Shown here: positions 41,803 to 57,130 of the stretch, piece by piece
Layout: every line of letters starts with the position of its first letter
How positions within the stretch are numbered: the first letter of the stretch is position 1
From: Macrostomum lignano
Lineage: Eukaryota
DNA length: 64,000 bases
Reading direction: 5' to 3'
NCBI GenBank assembly: GCA_002269645.1
Contig: NIVC01001256.1
Span: 124,001-188,000 of the forward strand
Made by a program: the position numbers and the translations under genes
The notes under the pieces: model-generated
What the model was told of the DNA's origin: nothing
Database searches by the model: none
Seen by the model: the letters and a program-made list of their open reading frames with translations, nothing else

Positions 41803-43372
41803 TAGTAGCTGATAGCTGGTAGCTGGTAGCTGGTAGCTGGTAGCTGGTAGCTGGTGGCTGGTAGCTGGTAGCCGATAGCTGGTAGCTAGTAGCTGGTAGC
41901 TGATAGCTGGTAGCTGATAGCTGGTAGCTGGTTGCTGGTAGCTGGTAGCTGGTAGCTGATAGCTGGTAGCTGGTAGCTGATAGCAGGTAGCTGATAGCTG
42001 GTAGCTGGTAGCTGGTAGCTGGTAGCTGATAGCTGGTAGCTGATAGCTGGTAGCTGGTAGCTGGTAGCTTATAGCTGGTAGCTGGTAGCTGATAGCCGAT
42101 AGCTGGTAGCTGATAGCTGGTAGCTGGTAGCTGGTAGCTGATAGCCGATAGCTGGTAGCTGATAGCTGGTAGCTGGTAGCTGATAGCTGATAGCTGGTAG
42201 CTGATAGCTGGTAGCTGGTAGCTGGTAGCTGATAGCTGGTAGCTGGTAGCTGGGTAGCTGGTAGCTGGTAGCTGGGTAGCTGGTAGCTGGTAGCTGGGTA
42301 GCTGGTAGCTGATAGCCGATAGCTGGTAGCTGATAGCCGATAGCTGGTAGCTAGTAGCTGGGTAGCTGGTAGCTGGTAGCTGATAGCCGATAGCTGATAG
42401 CCGATAGCTGGTAGCTGGGTAGCTGGTAGCTGATAGCCGATAGCTGGTAGCTGATAGCTGGTAGCTGGTAGCTGGTAGCTGGTAGCTGATAGCCGATAGC
42501 TGGTAGCTGATAGCTGGTAGCTGGTAGCTGATAGCTGGTAGCTGGTAGCTGGTAGCTGATAGCCGATAGCTGGTAGCTGGTAGCTGGGTAGCTGGTAGCT
42601 GGGTAGCTGGTAGCTGATAGCCGATAGCTGATAGCCGATAGCTGGTAGCTGGTAGCTGGGTAGCTGCTAGCTGCTAGCTGATAGCCGATAGCTGGTAGCT
42701 GATAGCCGATAGCTGGTAGCTGGTAGCTGGGTAGCTGGTAGCTGCTAGCTGATAGCCGATAGCTGGTAGCTGATAGCCGATAGCTGGTAGCTGGTAGCTG
42801 GTAGCTGATAACCGATAGCTGGTAGCTGATAGCCGATAGCTGGTAGCTGATAGCCGATAGCTGGTAGCTGGTAGCTGGTAGCTGATAACCGATAGCTGGT
42901 AGCTGATAGCCGATAGCTGGTAGCTGGTAGCTGGTAGCTGATAACCGATAGCTGGTAGCTGATAGCCGATAGCTGGTAGCTGATAGCTGGTAGCTGGTAG
43001 CTGGTAGCTTATAGCTGGTAGCTGGTAGCTGATAGCCGATAGCTCGTAGCTGGTAGCTGGGTAGCTGGTAGCTGCTAGCTGATAGCAGGTAGCTGATAGC
43101 CGATAGCTGGTAGCTGGTAGCTGGTAGCTGGGTAGCTGGTAGCTGCTAGCTGATAGCCGATAGCTGGTAGCTGATAGCCGATAGCTGGTAGCTGGTAGCT
43201 GGGTAGCTGGTAGCTGGGTAGCTGGTAGCTGATAGCCGATAGCTGGTAGCTGATAGCCGATAGCTGGTAGCTGATAGCGGGTAGCTGATAGCCGATAAGC
43301 CGATAGCTGGTAGCTGATAGCGGGTAGCTGATAGCCGATAAGCCGATAGCTGGTAGCTGTTAGCTGTTAGCA
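41803..43372. repeat. 7-bp tagctgg/tagctga/tagccga repeat
   Basis: Direct reading. Confidence 0.96.
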
Positions 43373-43740
43373 TGTATAAGGGACGAGAGTCGCATTTTCG
43401 GGAAACAAACAAGCGGTACACCCACATATAAAATGAAATTTGCCTTGTAAGGATTCCGGTAAAAGTCAAAACCAGTTAATTTTGCTAATCATACGTCCAT
43501 ATTTCAGATTTTTTCATATTACTAGGCACATAATTAGTAATTTCTGACACACTTCCAGTTAAGATTTGAGGAGCCCCTAATAAAGTGAAGATATTACGCT
43601 TGTGGAATCAGAATTTTATGCATAAATAGCCGATATTAATTTTATTAATGAATAAATATTTCCCAGCAAGAGTTTATATATAGCGTTATGATTTCCGAGT
43701 CCGGTAAATGTCGGGCTGACCTGCCACCAACTGGCGCAGC

Positions 43741-43986
43741 TCAAGGCACGACGGCTTTCGCCACCTTGCCAACCACCTTGAGAACGCGGACCACCTTCCT
43801 GAGTCGGATGCGCTTCTTGACGAGTCCTTCGTCGCGCTCCTCGGACAGGTCGGACTCGTCAATGTTGGACAGGGCCTCCAGGGCGGCCACAGTCTCCGCC
43901 TCCTCATCGGTCAGGTGCTGCTGGCTGGGCACGGCAGCGGCCAGGACGGCGCACAGCAGGAGGCCGAGAGCGAGCTGCCACTTCAT
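43741..43986 (-). CDS. Putative cationic antimicrobial peptide precursor (81 aa)
   Basis: MKWQLALGLLLCAVLAAA signal, then an acidic propiece (12 D/E), then GLVKKRIRLRKVVRVLKVVGKVAKAVVP (10 K/R, no acidic residues); AATAAA at 43641-43646. Confidence 0.85.
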   Translation of the reverse strand: MKWQLALGLLLCAVLAAAVPSQQHLTDEEAETVAALEALSNIDESDLSEERDEGLVKKRIRLRKVVRVLKVVGKVAKAVVP

Positions 43987-44741
43987 GCTGATTGAAGTAT
44001 TCCGGCTGTCTGTAGATGAGGCTTGGAGGAGTCTGCAATTGCTGGCTTGGTCCGCTAAGCAGTGCGGACTAAGCAGTGCTAAGCGGCGCATTTATGCACT
44101 CAAAACTGACACGTTTTTCCGGTTCGAAGGATCGACGCGCACTGCTGAGCTGCGGGCCGCACGTGAGCAAAGAACGAAGCGCTCTGACCCGCTCAGGACA
44201 AATATTTCAAACTACTGTATAGAATTCCGGCACACAGTCCCCGTTGTTTGTTAAAGGCTGCCTGACAAGATGCCACAGTGTCCTTTGTGCGAACTGTCAA
44301 TATTGACAACAGTTTCAGGGTGCCCTTTGCTATTTATCATTTCTTACAGTGCATTTGCTTGCTTTGCTTAGATTAAGCAATCCAAAGCAGCAGACACAAA
44401 AAGATGAGAAGTAATTTACGAGCGTACATAGTCTGTAATCTCAAATGTTTCACATTCCATTTGATGATGATGATGATCCTCATCATCCTCAGATGATGAT
44501 CATCATCATCCTCAGCTTCTTGAGCACTGCAGCGTAGCTCGCTGAACGCAAACTTCGACAAAGACTTGATGGAGCAGATCTCAGACTGTCACGTCAGCTG
44601 CTTGACGCCCCTCAAATGTTTTCTACTCACAGAATATTTGGAATCTTAAACCTCTCAAACCCTTTCATCAAGTCATGGCTTCGAGAAGACCTGCTTCCAG
44701 ACAGGCCCTGCTTGCTGAAAGGCGCAGACTTAGTCTTGACT

Positions 44742-46021
44742 CGGACATCCGATACAAGCTCTGATTCGGACACGGATACAAGCTCTGATTCGGACACGGA
44801 TACAAGCTCTGATTCGGACACGGATACAAGCTCTGATTCGGACACGGATACAAGCTCTGATTCGGACACGGACACAAGCTCTGATTCGGACACGGACACA
44901 AGCTCTGATTCGGACACGGACACAAGCTCTGATTCGGACACGGACACAAGCTCTGATTCGGACACGGACACAAGCTCTGATTCGGACACGGATACAAGCT
45001 CTGATTCGGACACGGATACAAGCTCTGATTCGGACACGGACACAAGCTCTGATTCGGACACGGATACAAGCTCTGATTCGGACACGGATGCACAAGCTCT
45101 GATTCGGACACGGATACAAGCTCTGATTCGGACACGGACACAAGCTCTGATTCCGACACGGATACAAGCTCTGATTCGGACACGGACACAAGCTCTGATT
45201 CGGACATGGATACAAGCTCTGATTCGGACACGGACACAAGCTCTGATTCCGACACGGATACAAGCTCTGATTCGGACACGGACACAAGCTCTGATTCGGA
45301 CACGGACACAAGCTCTGATTCGGACATGGATACAAGCTCTGATTCGGACACGGACACAAGCTCTGATTCCGACACGGATACAAGCTCTGATTCGGACACG
45401 GACACAAGCTCTGATTCCGACACGGATACAAGCTCTGATTCGGACACGGACACAAGCTCTGATTCGGACACGGATACAAGCTCTGATTCGGACACGGATA
45501 CAAGCTCTGATTCGGACACGGATACAAGCTCTGATTCGGACACGGATACAAGCTCTGATTCGGACACGGATACAAGCTGATTCGGACACGGATACAAGCT
45601 CTGATTCGGACACGGACACAAGCTCTGATTCGGACACGGATACAAGCTCTGATTCGGACACGGATACACAAGCTCTGATTCGGACACGGACACAAGCTCT
45701 GATTCGGACACGGATACAAGCTCTGATTCGGACACGGACACAAGCTCTGATTCGGACCCGGATACAAGCTCTGATTCGGACACGGACACAAGCTCTGATT
45801 CGGACACGGATACAAGCTCTGATTCGGACACGGACACAAGCTCTGATTCGGACCCGGATACAAGCTCTGATTCGGACACGGATACCAGCTCTGATTCGGA
45901 CACGGATACAAGCTCTGATTCGGACACGGATACAAGCTCTGATTCGGACACGGATACCAGCTCTGATTCGGACACGGATACAAGCTCTGATTCGGACACG
46001 GATACAAGCTCTGATTCGGAC
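44742..46021. repeat. 24-bp minisatellite gacacggatacaagctctgattcg
   Basis: Period 24 with three 2-nt indels. Confidence 0.97.
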
Positions 46022-46287
46022 TGTTGAGAAGATTGCTTCATTAGTAAAGAACGAAACTCATAGAGCTCAGCTCAACAACATCCTGAGAACGCAGTTCGAA
46101 AAATGCAACACCAGGTAAAATGCGGCTTGCACAGGTAATAATTAATGCAAAATACTGCGCATGCAGTCTTGTATTTTTAATAATTTTACGGTTAGCTCGT
46201 CAAAATTTGTGAATGCACAAAGTATTTTTTGGCCAGTAAATTTCAAATGATTCTACGAAATGCGTGTTCGCCACTGAAGGCTCCCGA

Positions 46288-48810
46288 TCAGGTAGCCACT
46301 GCCGCCACCAGTCGCGTCTGCAGCAGGGCGGCCACGTGCATCGACAGCGGAACGTCCGGCGGGCTTCCACCGAGCAGCAGGTAGACGCGGCGCCGACGAC
46401 GGTCGAAAGCGGCCACGCAGGCGAGGGCGTAATCGGACACGGATTTGGCCGGCGGCGCCTGCCGAGACCAGCCGTCCGAGGCTGCGTCATCGAGGGAGGC
46501 GGTCTGCAAATTCCGGGTAGGGTTGGCGAATACCGACACTGAAATCCCGAATACCGACACTGAAATCCCGAATATCGACACTGAAATCTCGAATTCCGAC
46601 ACTGAAATCCCGAATACCGACACTGAAATCCCGAATACCGACACTGAAATCCCGAATACCGACACTGAAATCCCGAATACCGACACTGAAATCCCGAATA
46701 CCGACACTGAAATCCCGAATACCGACACTGAAATCCCGAATACCGACACTGAAATCCTGAATACCGACACTGAAATTCCGAATTCCGACACTGAAATCCC
46801 GAATACCGACACTGAAATCCCGACTACCGACACTGAAATCTCGACTACCGACACTGAAATCCCGAATACCGACACTGAAATCCCGACTACCGACACTGAA
46901 ATCCCGACTACCGACACCGAAATCAAGAATACCGACACTAAAATCAAGAATACCGACACTGAAATCCCGAATATCGACACTGAAATCAAGAATACCGACA
47001 CTGAAATCCCGAATATCGACACTGAAATCTCGAATTCCGACACTGAAATCCCGAATACCGACACTGAAATCCCGAATACCGACACTGAAATCCCGAATAC
47101 CGACACTGAAATCCCGAATACCGACACTGAAATCCCGAATACCAACACTGAAATCCTGAATACCGACACTGAAATTCCGAATTCCGACACTGAAATCCCG
47201 AATACCGACACTGAAATCCCGACTACCGACACTGAAATCTCGACTACCGACACTGAAATCCCGAATACCGACACTGAAATCCCGACTACCGACACTGAAA
47301 TCCCGACTACCGACACTGAAATCCCGACTACCGACACCGAAATCAAGAATACCGACACTAAAATCAAGAATACCGACACCTGGGAGGCACCTTTCCTCAG
47401 ATTAAGGATTACCAGAATGCCATTGGGATCTTTCGCAAGATTTTCGGGGTGGGGAATTCCACTGTTAGGGACACAGCCTATACGATCGGATTTCTCATCC
47501 TCTGAACCGGCAGTCACGTGACAAACTTTAAATAAGATGACGGCGCCGGGCACCAGCTGGTCGGGGATCCGTAGAGGCAGGTAGCGCATTGGATTTTCGA
47601 CAGCGTCGCGAAAGGCTGCCCAATCGATGCTTGGCGGAGGCGGCGGCGGCGGAGGCGGAGGCGGAGGTGGCGCCGGTAGGGGAGGCGCTTGTCTTGCTGG
47701 CTGGCGCCGCTGCTTCCGTGGCGATGGCGCAGCGGCCACTGGCGCGTCGGCTTGCGAGCCGCCCTGGCAGATCCGCGCGTCGGCTTGCGAGCCGCCCTGG
47801 CAGATCCGGGCCAGCTGCCGCTGCTGCTGTTCAAGCAGGGCGCCGAGGCGCTGGAACTGGCGCTCGTTGTCTGCCCGCATCGACTGCAGCAGGCCGAACA
47901 GCTGGGCCAGCTGACTGGCCTCGGCTGGGCTGGCGGGCGCGGCGATGGGAGCCGCGGCCACCGCCTCCCTGGCAGCCGTCGCTCTGCGGAACGAAGAATT
48001 CCCAGCCTCCGTAGGAGCGGCAAGCGTGCGATTTGAACTATAATCAGCGTCCTTAGCAACCTCCTTAGCAACGTTCTTAGCCGCATCTGATTGATTGCAC
48101 AGCCGGCCCGAGTCCCTGGCAACATTGCGCCGATCCGCAGGCTGGCAGAAGGCCAGGCAGTCCGGGTGGCTCAGCAGACTTTTGCCGGCCAGCGCTGCCG
48201 CGTTCGCCTCGTTGCATTCGAGCAGCGCCGAGCAGCTGGACGCTTCGTTGTATTCCAGCTGGCGCCGCTTCTCGGCCGCCTCTCGGCGACGCTTTGGCGA
48301 CGGCCCGGCAACGACGGCAACGCCGGCGGCGTCCACAGTGACGCAGCCGCGACGCTTCAAGCCGCGCCGCTGGTCGCCAAGCCGCTGAAATGCGGCGGCG
48401 TCGCCAAACGGCGCGTCGGCGTCGGCCTCGCGCGCCTCACCATCAGAGTCGAACTCCAGCCGGCGCGGCGGCTGCCAGGCGACACCGACTGGAAGAGCCA
48501 ACTTGCGCGGCGGCCGGCCGAGGCGGGGCAGCGACCCAACCTGCGGCGACGCTGCTGTTGTTGACGACTCGGGCACCAACGACGATGCGTTTGCCGCCGC
48601 TGCTGCCGTAGCCTTCCGCTTGACCCGGCGTCTTCGACGTCGACTACGCCGACGCGGCGACTCGTCGACGGCGGCGCTGCTCGTCGCGGCCGGCGTCGGC
48701 GCGGAAGTGACGGTGGCGGAGGACGGCGCGCCGACTTGGCGCCGCTCTATCGGAGCAGCTGTCGGCGGCTCGCTCTCGGAGTCGTCGCTGTCGGTGGCGA
48801 CTTTCTGCGT
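46288..48810 (-). CDS. Low-complexity nuclear protein with a coilin-type Tudor-like C-terminus (about 500 aa); start codon not found in the genome
   Basis: Exon 48810-47527 after ttttttccag|, exon 46503-46288. Joined C-terminus YLPLRIPDQLVPGAVILFK|TASL..SVSDYALACVAAFD...VYLLL..LLQTRLV recalls coilin LP.....VG.KIAFK..VSDY..RL. Basic NLS RRRSRRRRRRVKRK. The coilin N-terminal domain is not seen. Confidence 0.62.
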   Translation of the reverse strand, partial: TQKVATDSDDSESEPPTAAPIERRQVGAPSSATVTSAPTPAATSSAAVDESPRRRSRRRRRRVKRKATAAAAANASSLVPESSTTAASPQVGSLPRLGRPPRKLALPVGVAWQPPRRLEFDSDGEAREADADAPFGDAAAFQRLGDQRRGLKRRGCVTVDAAGVAVVAGPSPKRRREAAEKRRQLEYNEASSCSALLECNEANAAALAGKSLLSHPDCLAFCQPADRRNVARDSGRLCNQSDAAKNVAKEVAKDADYSSNRTLAAPTEAGNSSFRRATAAREAVAAAPIAAPASPAEASQLAQLFGLLQSMRADNERQFQRLGALLEQQQRQLARICQGGSQADARICQGGSQADAPVAAAPSPRKQRRQPARQAPPLPAPPPPPPPPPPPPPSIDWAAFRDAVENPMRYLPLRIPDQLVPGAVILFKVCHVTAGSEDEKSDRIGCVPNSGIPHPENLAKDPNGILVILNLRKGASQVSVFLILVSVFLISVSVVGISVSVVGISVSVVGISVSVFGISVSVVEISVSVVGISVSVFGISVSEFGISVSVFRISVLVFGISVSVFGISVSVFGISVSVFGISVSVFGISVSEFEISVSIFGISVSVFLISVSIFGISVSVFLILVSVFLISVSVVGISVSVVGISVSVFGISVSVVEISVSVVGISVSVFGISVSEFGISVSVFRISVSVFGISVSVFGISVSVFGISVSVFGISVSVFGISVSVFGISVSVFGISVSEFEISVSIFGISVSVFGISVSVFANPTRNLQTASLDDAASDGWSRQAPPAKSVSDYALACVAAFDRRRRRVYLLLGGSPPDVPLSMHVAALLQTRLVAAVAT
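46531..47379. repeat. 21-bp minisatellite accgacactgaaatcccgaat with a higher-order duplication
   Basis: The order of variant units recurs at about 420 bp spacing. Confidence 0.95.
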
Positions 48811-49265
48811 CTGGAAAAAATGAGGCGAATAGAAATGAAATGCGGAATAGAAGCGATAGATACTACTGCACCAGAGTTTCAGTAGTGTGCTAAAGAAATC
48901 AGTCGTAAAAAGAATTCCTGCATAAATTAAGCAGCTATTTAATAAAGAATCCAGACAGTGTATTTACACAGAGCCATGGTAGAAATAGAAAACAGTCAAC
49001 CGCAACAGATAAAAAGGTGTCAGACGTGGAGAATTCATTAAAATTGATAGGCCACACAATATTATGAAAAAACAAGTTGTGAGTTTGCAGTTTAAATAGC
49101 TACAAGAAAAATTTGGCAATGGCCCCAACCTCAACCTTGGCGCTCTCTGATTGGCTGCGGCCCGCATTGATAAGTTCGTGCACCGGAATGCTAAGCAACA
49201 GAAACAAATAAACAAAGAGTTCAATCCACCAAAAATTGACAGAGTTTTACGGCTCGTAGCAGCCA

Positions 49266-52569
<3,304 letters not shown>

Positions 52570-53349
52570 CTGTCAGAAAAGTACATTGAGTTTTTACACC
52601 CTTCTTGCATTTTTCCAGCTGATATCGAAAATTTTATGGTAATAACCTGACTTATATACTTTTAGTAGGCTAATAAATGAAAAATAAGAAATCTCGCATA
52701 CTCTCGAAATTACCATTTTAAATAAACAAATTAATGCTAACAACCCTACTTTTCTGCTAATAGTAGCCAAAATAGTTTTTGGTGTTTGTTTCTCATTCGG
52801 CACCATTTCACTAACAGATGCTAATTTACAGCCCCGGCTGGCCCCACCAGGGATGACTAACAAGATCTATAGGGTGAAGTCAGCTATTTCACCTGGGTAC
52901 TGCAGGGCTCAATGTGAGGTAGGCGCCCCAAAAAAACAAAAACTTTGCACACTTTCAGCAATGAATTTTTCAGAGCGAAACAAAAAAGAATCAATTTTGG
53001 TTAAATTTCTCATAATATATTGTGATTAAAAAATGGATATTTTGTTTATCTGGAACAGCTACGCTCGTAAATAAAATTTTACGCATACGATTTCTAAAGA
53101 ACGTATGCTGATAAAATTACTTTACAATATAACAATTAGCTTAATAAATAATAATTAGACATAATAAAATCACAACACCATACAGAGAGACAGCAGATGT
53201 GTGTGGGAGAAATGTTATGGAGGAGGGCCTACTAGCATATTTTAAAGCTTTATTTTGACCAACCAGATTTTATGGGACTGCTCTGCTGCGGAGGAACGAG
53301 CCTCAACTGAGCATTGGCTCGCTATGCGACTGTGCACTCCTACAGCGTA

Positions 53350-54125
53350 TGTACATAGGGGGTAGAGATTTGACTTTCTCGGGAGCTTGTGTACATAGGG
53401 GGTAGGGACGTGGTTTTCTCGGGAGCGTGTGTACATAGGGGGTAGAGATTTGACTTTCTCGGGAGCTTGTGTACATAGGGGGTAGGGACGTGGTTTTCTC
53501 GGGAGCGTGTGTACATAGGGGTAGAGATTTGACTTTCCCGGGAGCTTGTGTACACAGATGGTAGAGAGTTGATTTTCTCGGGAGCGTGTGCACACAGGGG
53601 GTAGAGAGTTGATTTTCTCGGGAGCGTGTGTACACAGGGGGTAGAGAGTTGATTTTCTCGGGAGCTTGTGCACACAGGGGGTAGAGAGTTGATTTTCTCG
53701 GGAGCTTTTGCACACAGGGGGTAGAGAGTTGATTTTCTCGGGAGCGTGTGCACACAGGGGCTAGAGTTGATTTTCTCGGGAGCTTTTGCACACAGGGGGT
53801 AGAGAGTTGATTTTCTCGGGAGCGTGTGCACACAGGGGCTAGAGTTGATTTTCTCGGGAGCTTGTGCACACAGGGGGTACAGAGTTGATTTTCCCGGGAG
53901 CGTGTGCACACAGAGGGTAGAGAGTTTATTTTCTCGGGAGCTTGTGCACATATGGGGTAGAGAGTTTACTTTCCCGGGAGCTTGTGTACAAAGGGGGTAT
54001 GGACTTGGTTTTCTCGGAAGCTTGTGTACACAGGGGATAGAGAGCTGATTTTCTTGGGAGCTTGTGCACATAGGGGGTAGAGAGCTTGTGCACATAGGGG
54101 GTAGAGAGCTTGTGTACATAGGGGG
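53350..54125. repeat. About 40-bp minisatellite gtagagagttgattttctcgggagcgtgtgcacacagggg
   Basis: Period about 40. Confidence 0.94.
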
Positions 54126-55223
54126 AGGGAGAGTAGAAAGCTGACTTTCTCGACAGTTAGGGATGTAAAAGGATATCAGATCGCACAAACGAATATCCCA
54201 AAAACGGCTGATAGGACAAAAATATAATTTTTGGAACAAGATGAACAAGAACAGCAGGGGAACAGGGTTGAGTATGCAAATTATTAATAAAGGAAAACAG
54301 TAGCAAAGCAGCATAATGAGGCGCGGTAAATTACACATAATGATAGAAAAAAAGCAGAATTCGCGCCAATAAACAGCTGTCAAGCGACAGAAAAAAGCCA
54401 GGATTAAATAAGCGGCAACTATTTACTAATAGTAGCATAGAATAGAAATCGAACTAAGATCTGCGCAGCTCTCATTCTAAGCACAAATAATGAGTTTAAT
54501 ATTGACAACCCAGCCAATACAGAATAAACGAAGCGAACACAGACGGGGAGCAGTACAATTGGACACGAGAAAATTGGGCAGATATTCGAGCATGCACAGA
54601 TATACAGAATCTCGTCAGCAACAATTTAGTTGATATATTATTAAGAGGGGAAGTATATGGAATTGTTAAAGCTGTTTAATTAATTCACAGGATGCCAGTG
54701 ACAATGCAAAACTGCAATGCCCCCCAGGTCTCAGCTGTGGCGATGAGGCTGTAGTAATAGATAATGAAATACAGTAAGGATAATAACATAATAGCAGGAT
54801 TAATCTGAGTGTAAAGTACACCACTTTGGATCAGTCAGGCAAATACTTAGTGAGAAAAATTAATAGTGCGATTAACTAAATAATATTCATTGTCTATATA
54901 TGTATTAACGTATAATATATGCACAAAAACAACACTGAACAAAGACCTGGCTTAACAAAGACATAAGCCCAGTTATAAGCATTGGTGTCACAGTACATTG
55001 TACACTTTAAGGAATTTAATTCAGGGCTTAAAAAAGTACACAGACAGTCAATTATTATATTGAGGAAAGGAACAGATACCGTTTGAAGAACAATACAAGC
55101 ACAGAGAGGCAGGCGAAGACCCCAAGCCGTGTCTCTGGCTAATGAAATTCATTCTACGTATGCAGCAGACCGAGGAGCCCCGCTCTCGCAGATGGCGGCA
55201 GTGGGCGGCTAAAATTCGCAGCT

Positions 55224-57074
55224 TCACTTCGGCTCAGCCTGTGGCACACCTTGCGATCGGTGAAAGTGCACATTGATCCACTTGGAGTCGCGGCGGCACC
55301 AGACCCGGGTCTCCTCCGACTGCCGGCTGCGCGGATTGTTGGACCTGGGGCGGGATTGATTGCGATATTAGCTGGTGGCCTACTACTGTCAGTAGCGTGT
55401 TGCGATATTAGCTGGTGGCCTACTACTGTCAGTAGCGTGTTGCGATATTAGCTGGTGGCCTACTACTGTCAGTAGCGTGTTGCGATATTAGCTGCTGGCC
55501 TACTACTGTCAGTAGCGAGTTGCGATATTAGCTGGTGGCCTACTACTGTCAGTAGCGTGTTGCGATATTAGCTGCTGGCCTACTACTGTCAGTAGCGAGT
55601 TGCGATATTAGCTGCTGGCCTACTACTGTCAGTAGTGAGTTGCGATATTAGCTGCTGGCCTACTACTGTCAGTAGTGAGTTGCGATATTAGCTGCTGGCC
55701 TACTACTGTCAGTAATGATAGGGTCTTATGAAATGCGGCTCTCACTTGTCGAGAAACTGGGTCAGCCGTATGTAAGCAATGCAGGCGGAATCCTCACTCA
55801 GCAGGTGCACAGTCGGGTTCAGAATGCTGGTGTGCACCGCCTTGCTGCTGTTCTTGCCTGCGGGTAGGAGAGAGGGGGTTTGTCTACCTGTCTGATACCT
55901 GCCCTGTCCACCTGTCTGATACCTGCCCTGTCTACCTGTCTGATACCTGCCCTGTCCACCTGTCTGATACCTGTCCTGTCCGCCTGTCTGATACCTCCCC
56001 TGTCCACCTGTCTGATACCTGCCCTGTCCACCTGTCTGATACCTGCCCTGTCCACCTGTCTGATACCTGCCCTGTCCACCTGTCTGATACCTGCCCTGTC
56101 CACCTGTCTGATTCCTGCCCTGTCTACCTGTCTGATACCTGCCCTGTCTACCTGTTTGATACCTGCCCTGTCCACCTGTCTGATACCTGCCCTGTCCACC
56201 TGTCTGATACCTGTCCTGTCCGCCTGTCTGATACCTGCCCTGTCCACCTGTCTGATACCTGCCCTGTCTACCTGTCTGATACCTGCCCTGTCCACCTGTT
56301 TGATACCTGCCCTGTCCCCATGTCTGATACCTGCCCTGTCCACCTGTCTGATACCTGCCCTATGCGCAGTCCAATCCCTGTTGTTCACCTGTCCGATCCC
56401 TGTCCAATCCCTATTCCCCTGTCCAATCCCTATTCCCTTGTCCAATCCCTATTCCCCTGTCCAATCCCTATCCCCCTGTTCGATCCCTTTCCGATCCCTA
56501 TCCATTAGTCCTGGCTAATCTCACCGTGGTCAAAGTAGAACTTGTGAAAGTCCAAGCCTTCAATAAGGTTGCCGAACGCCTCAGGCTCGAACGCAGTAAT
56601 CTGGGGGTCCGACAACTTTCTGCAAGGCAGAGCAGAGTGCGGCGGTGGTGCGGAACAAGCTGGTGATTTAGCAGCCGAGCATCAAATCTGCACTCACGAA
56701 TAAGTGTCAAAGTCGCTGCTGGCGATGGCCTGCAGCAGCTGCTCGGTGACCTTGATAATCTCCTGCTTCCGAGCTGCAAAGAGTTTGATGAGCAGGGAGC
56801 TTTATGCTCAGATACTCAGCAAATTGGATTGCTAGACTATTCGCAGTCTTATAAACAGTTCTGGCTTAAATTTAAATAAATCGCTAGCCATCTACATAAC
56901 AGATGCAGTCAGTGAGAACTGAACACAGTTAGATAGGCTCAGTGAAATTTCCAATTGGAAATGGCATGCAACATTCACAATGCGAGACTTCTAAAGAGTT
57001 TTTTTTGGCTTTCAAAAACAGTTTATTTATCTATCGGGCCCATCTTGACAACCACGGGGATTCACTGCCTGCTA

Positions 57075-57130
<56 letters not shown>

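Noticed and set aside
44373-44561. Short acidic ORF on the minus strand
   Set aside because: Driven by (GAT/CAT)n low complexity; no gene signals.
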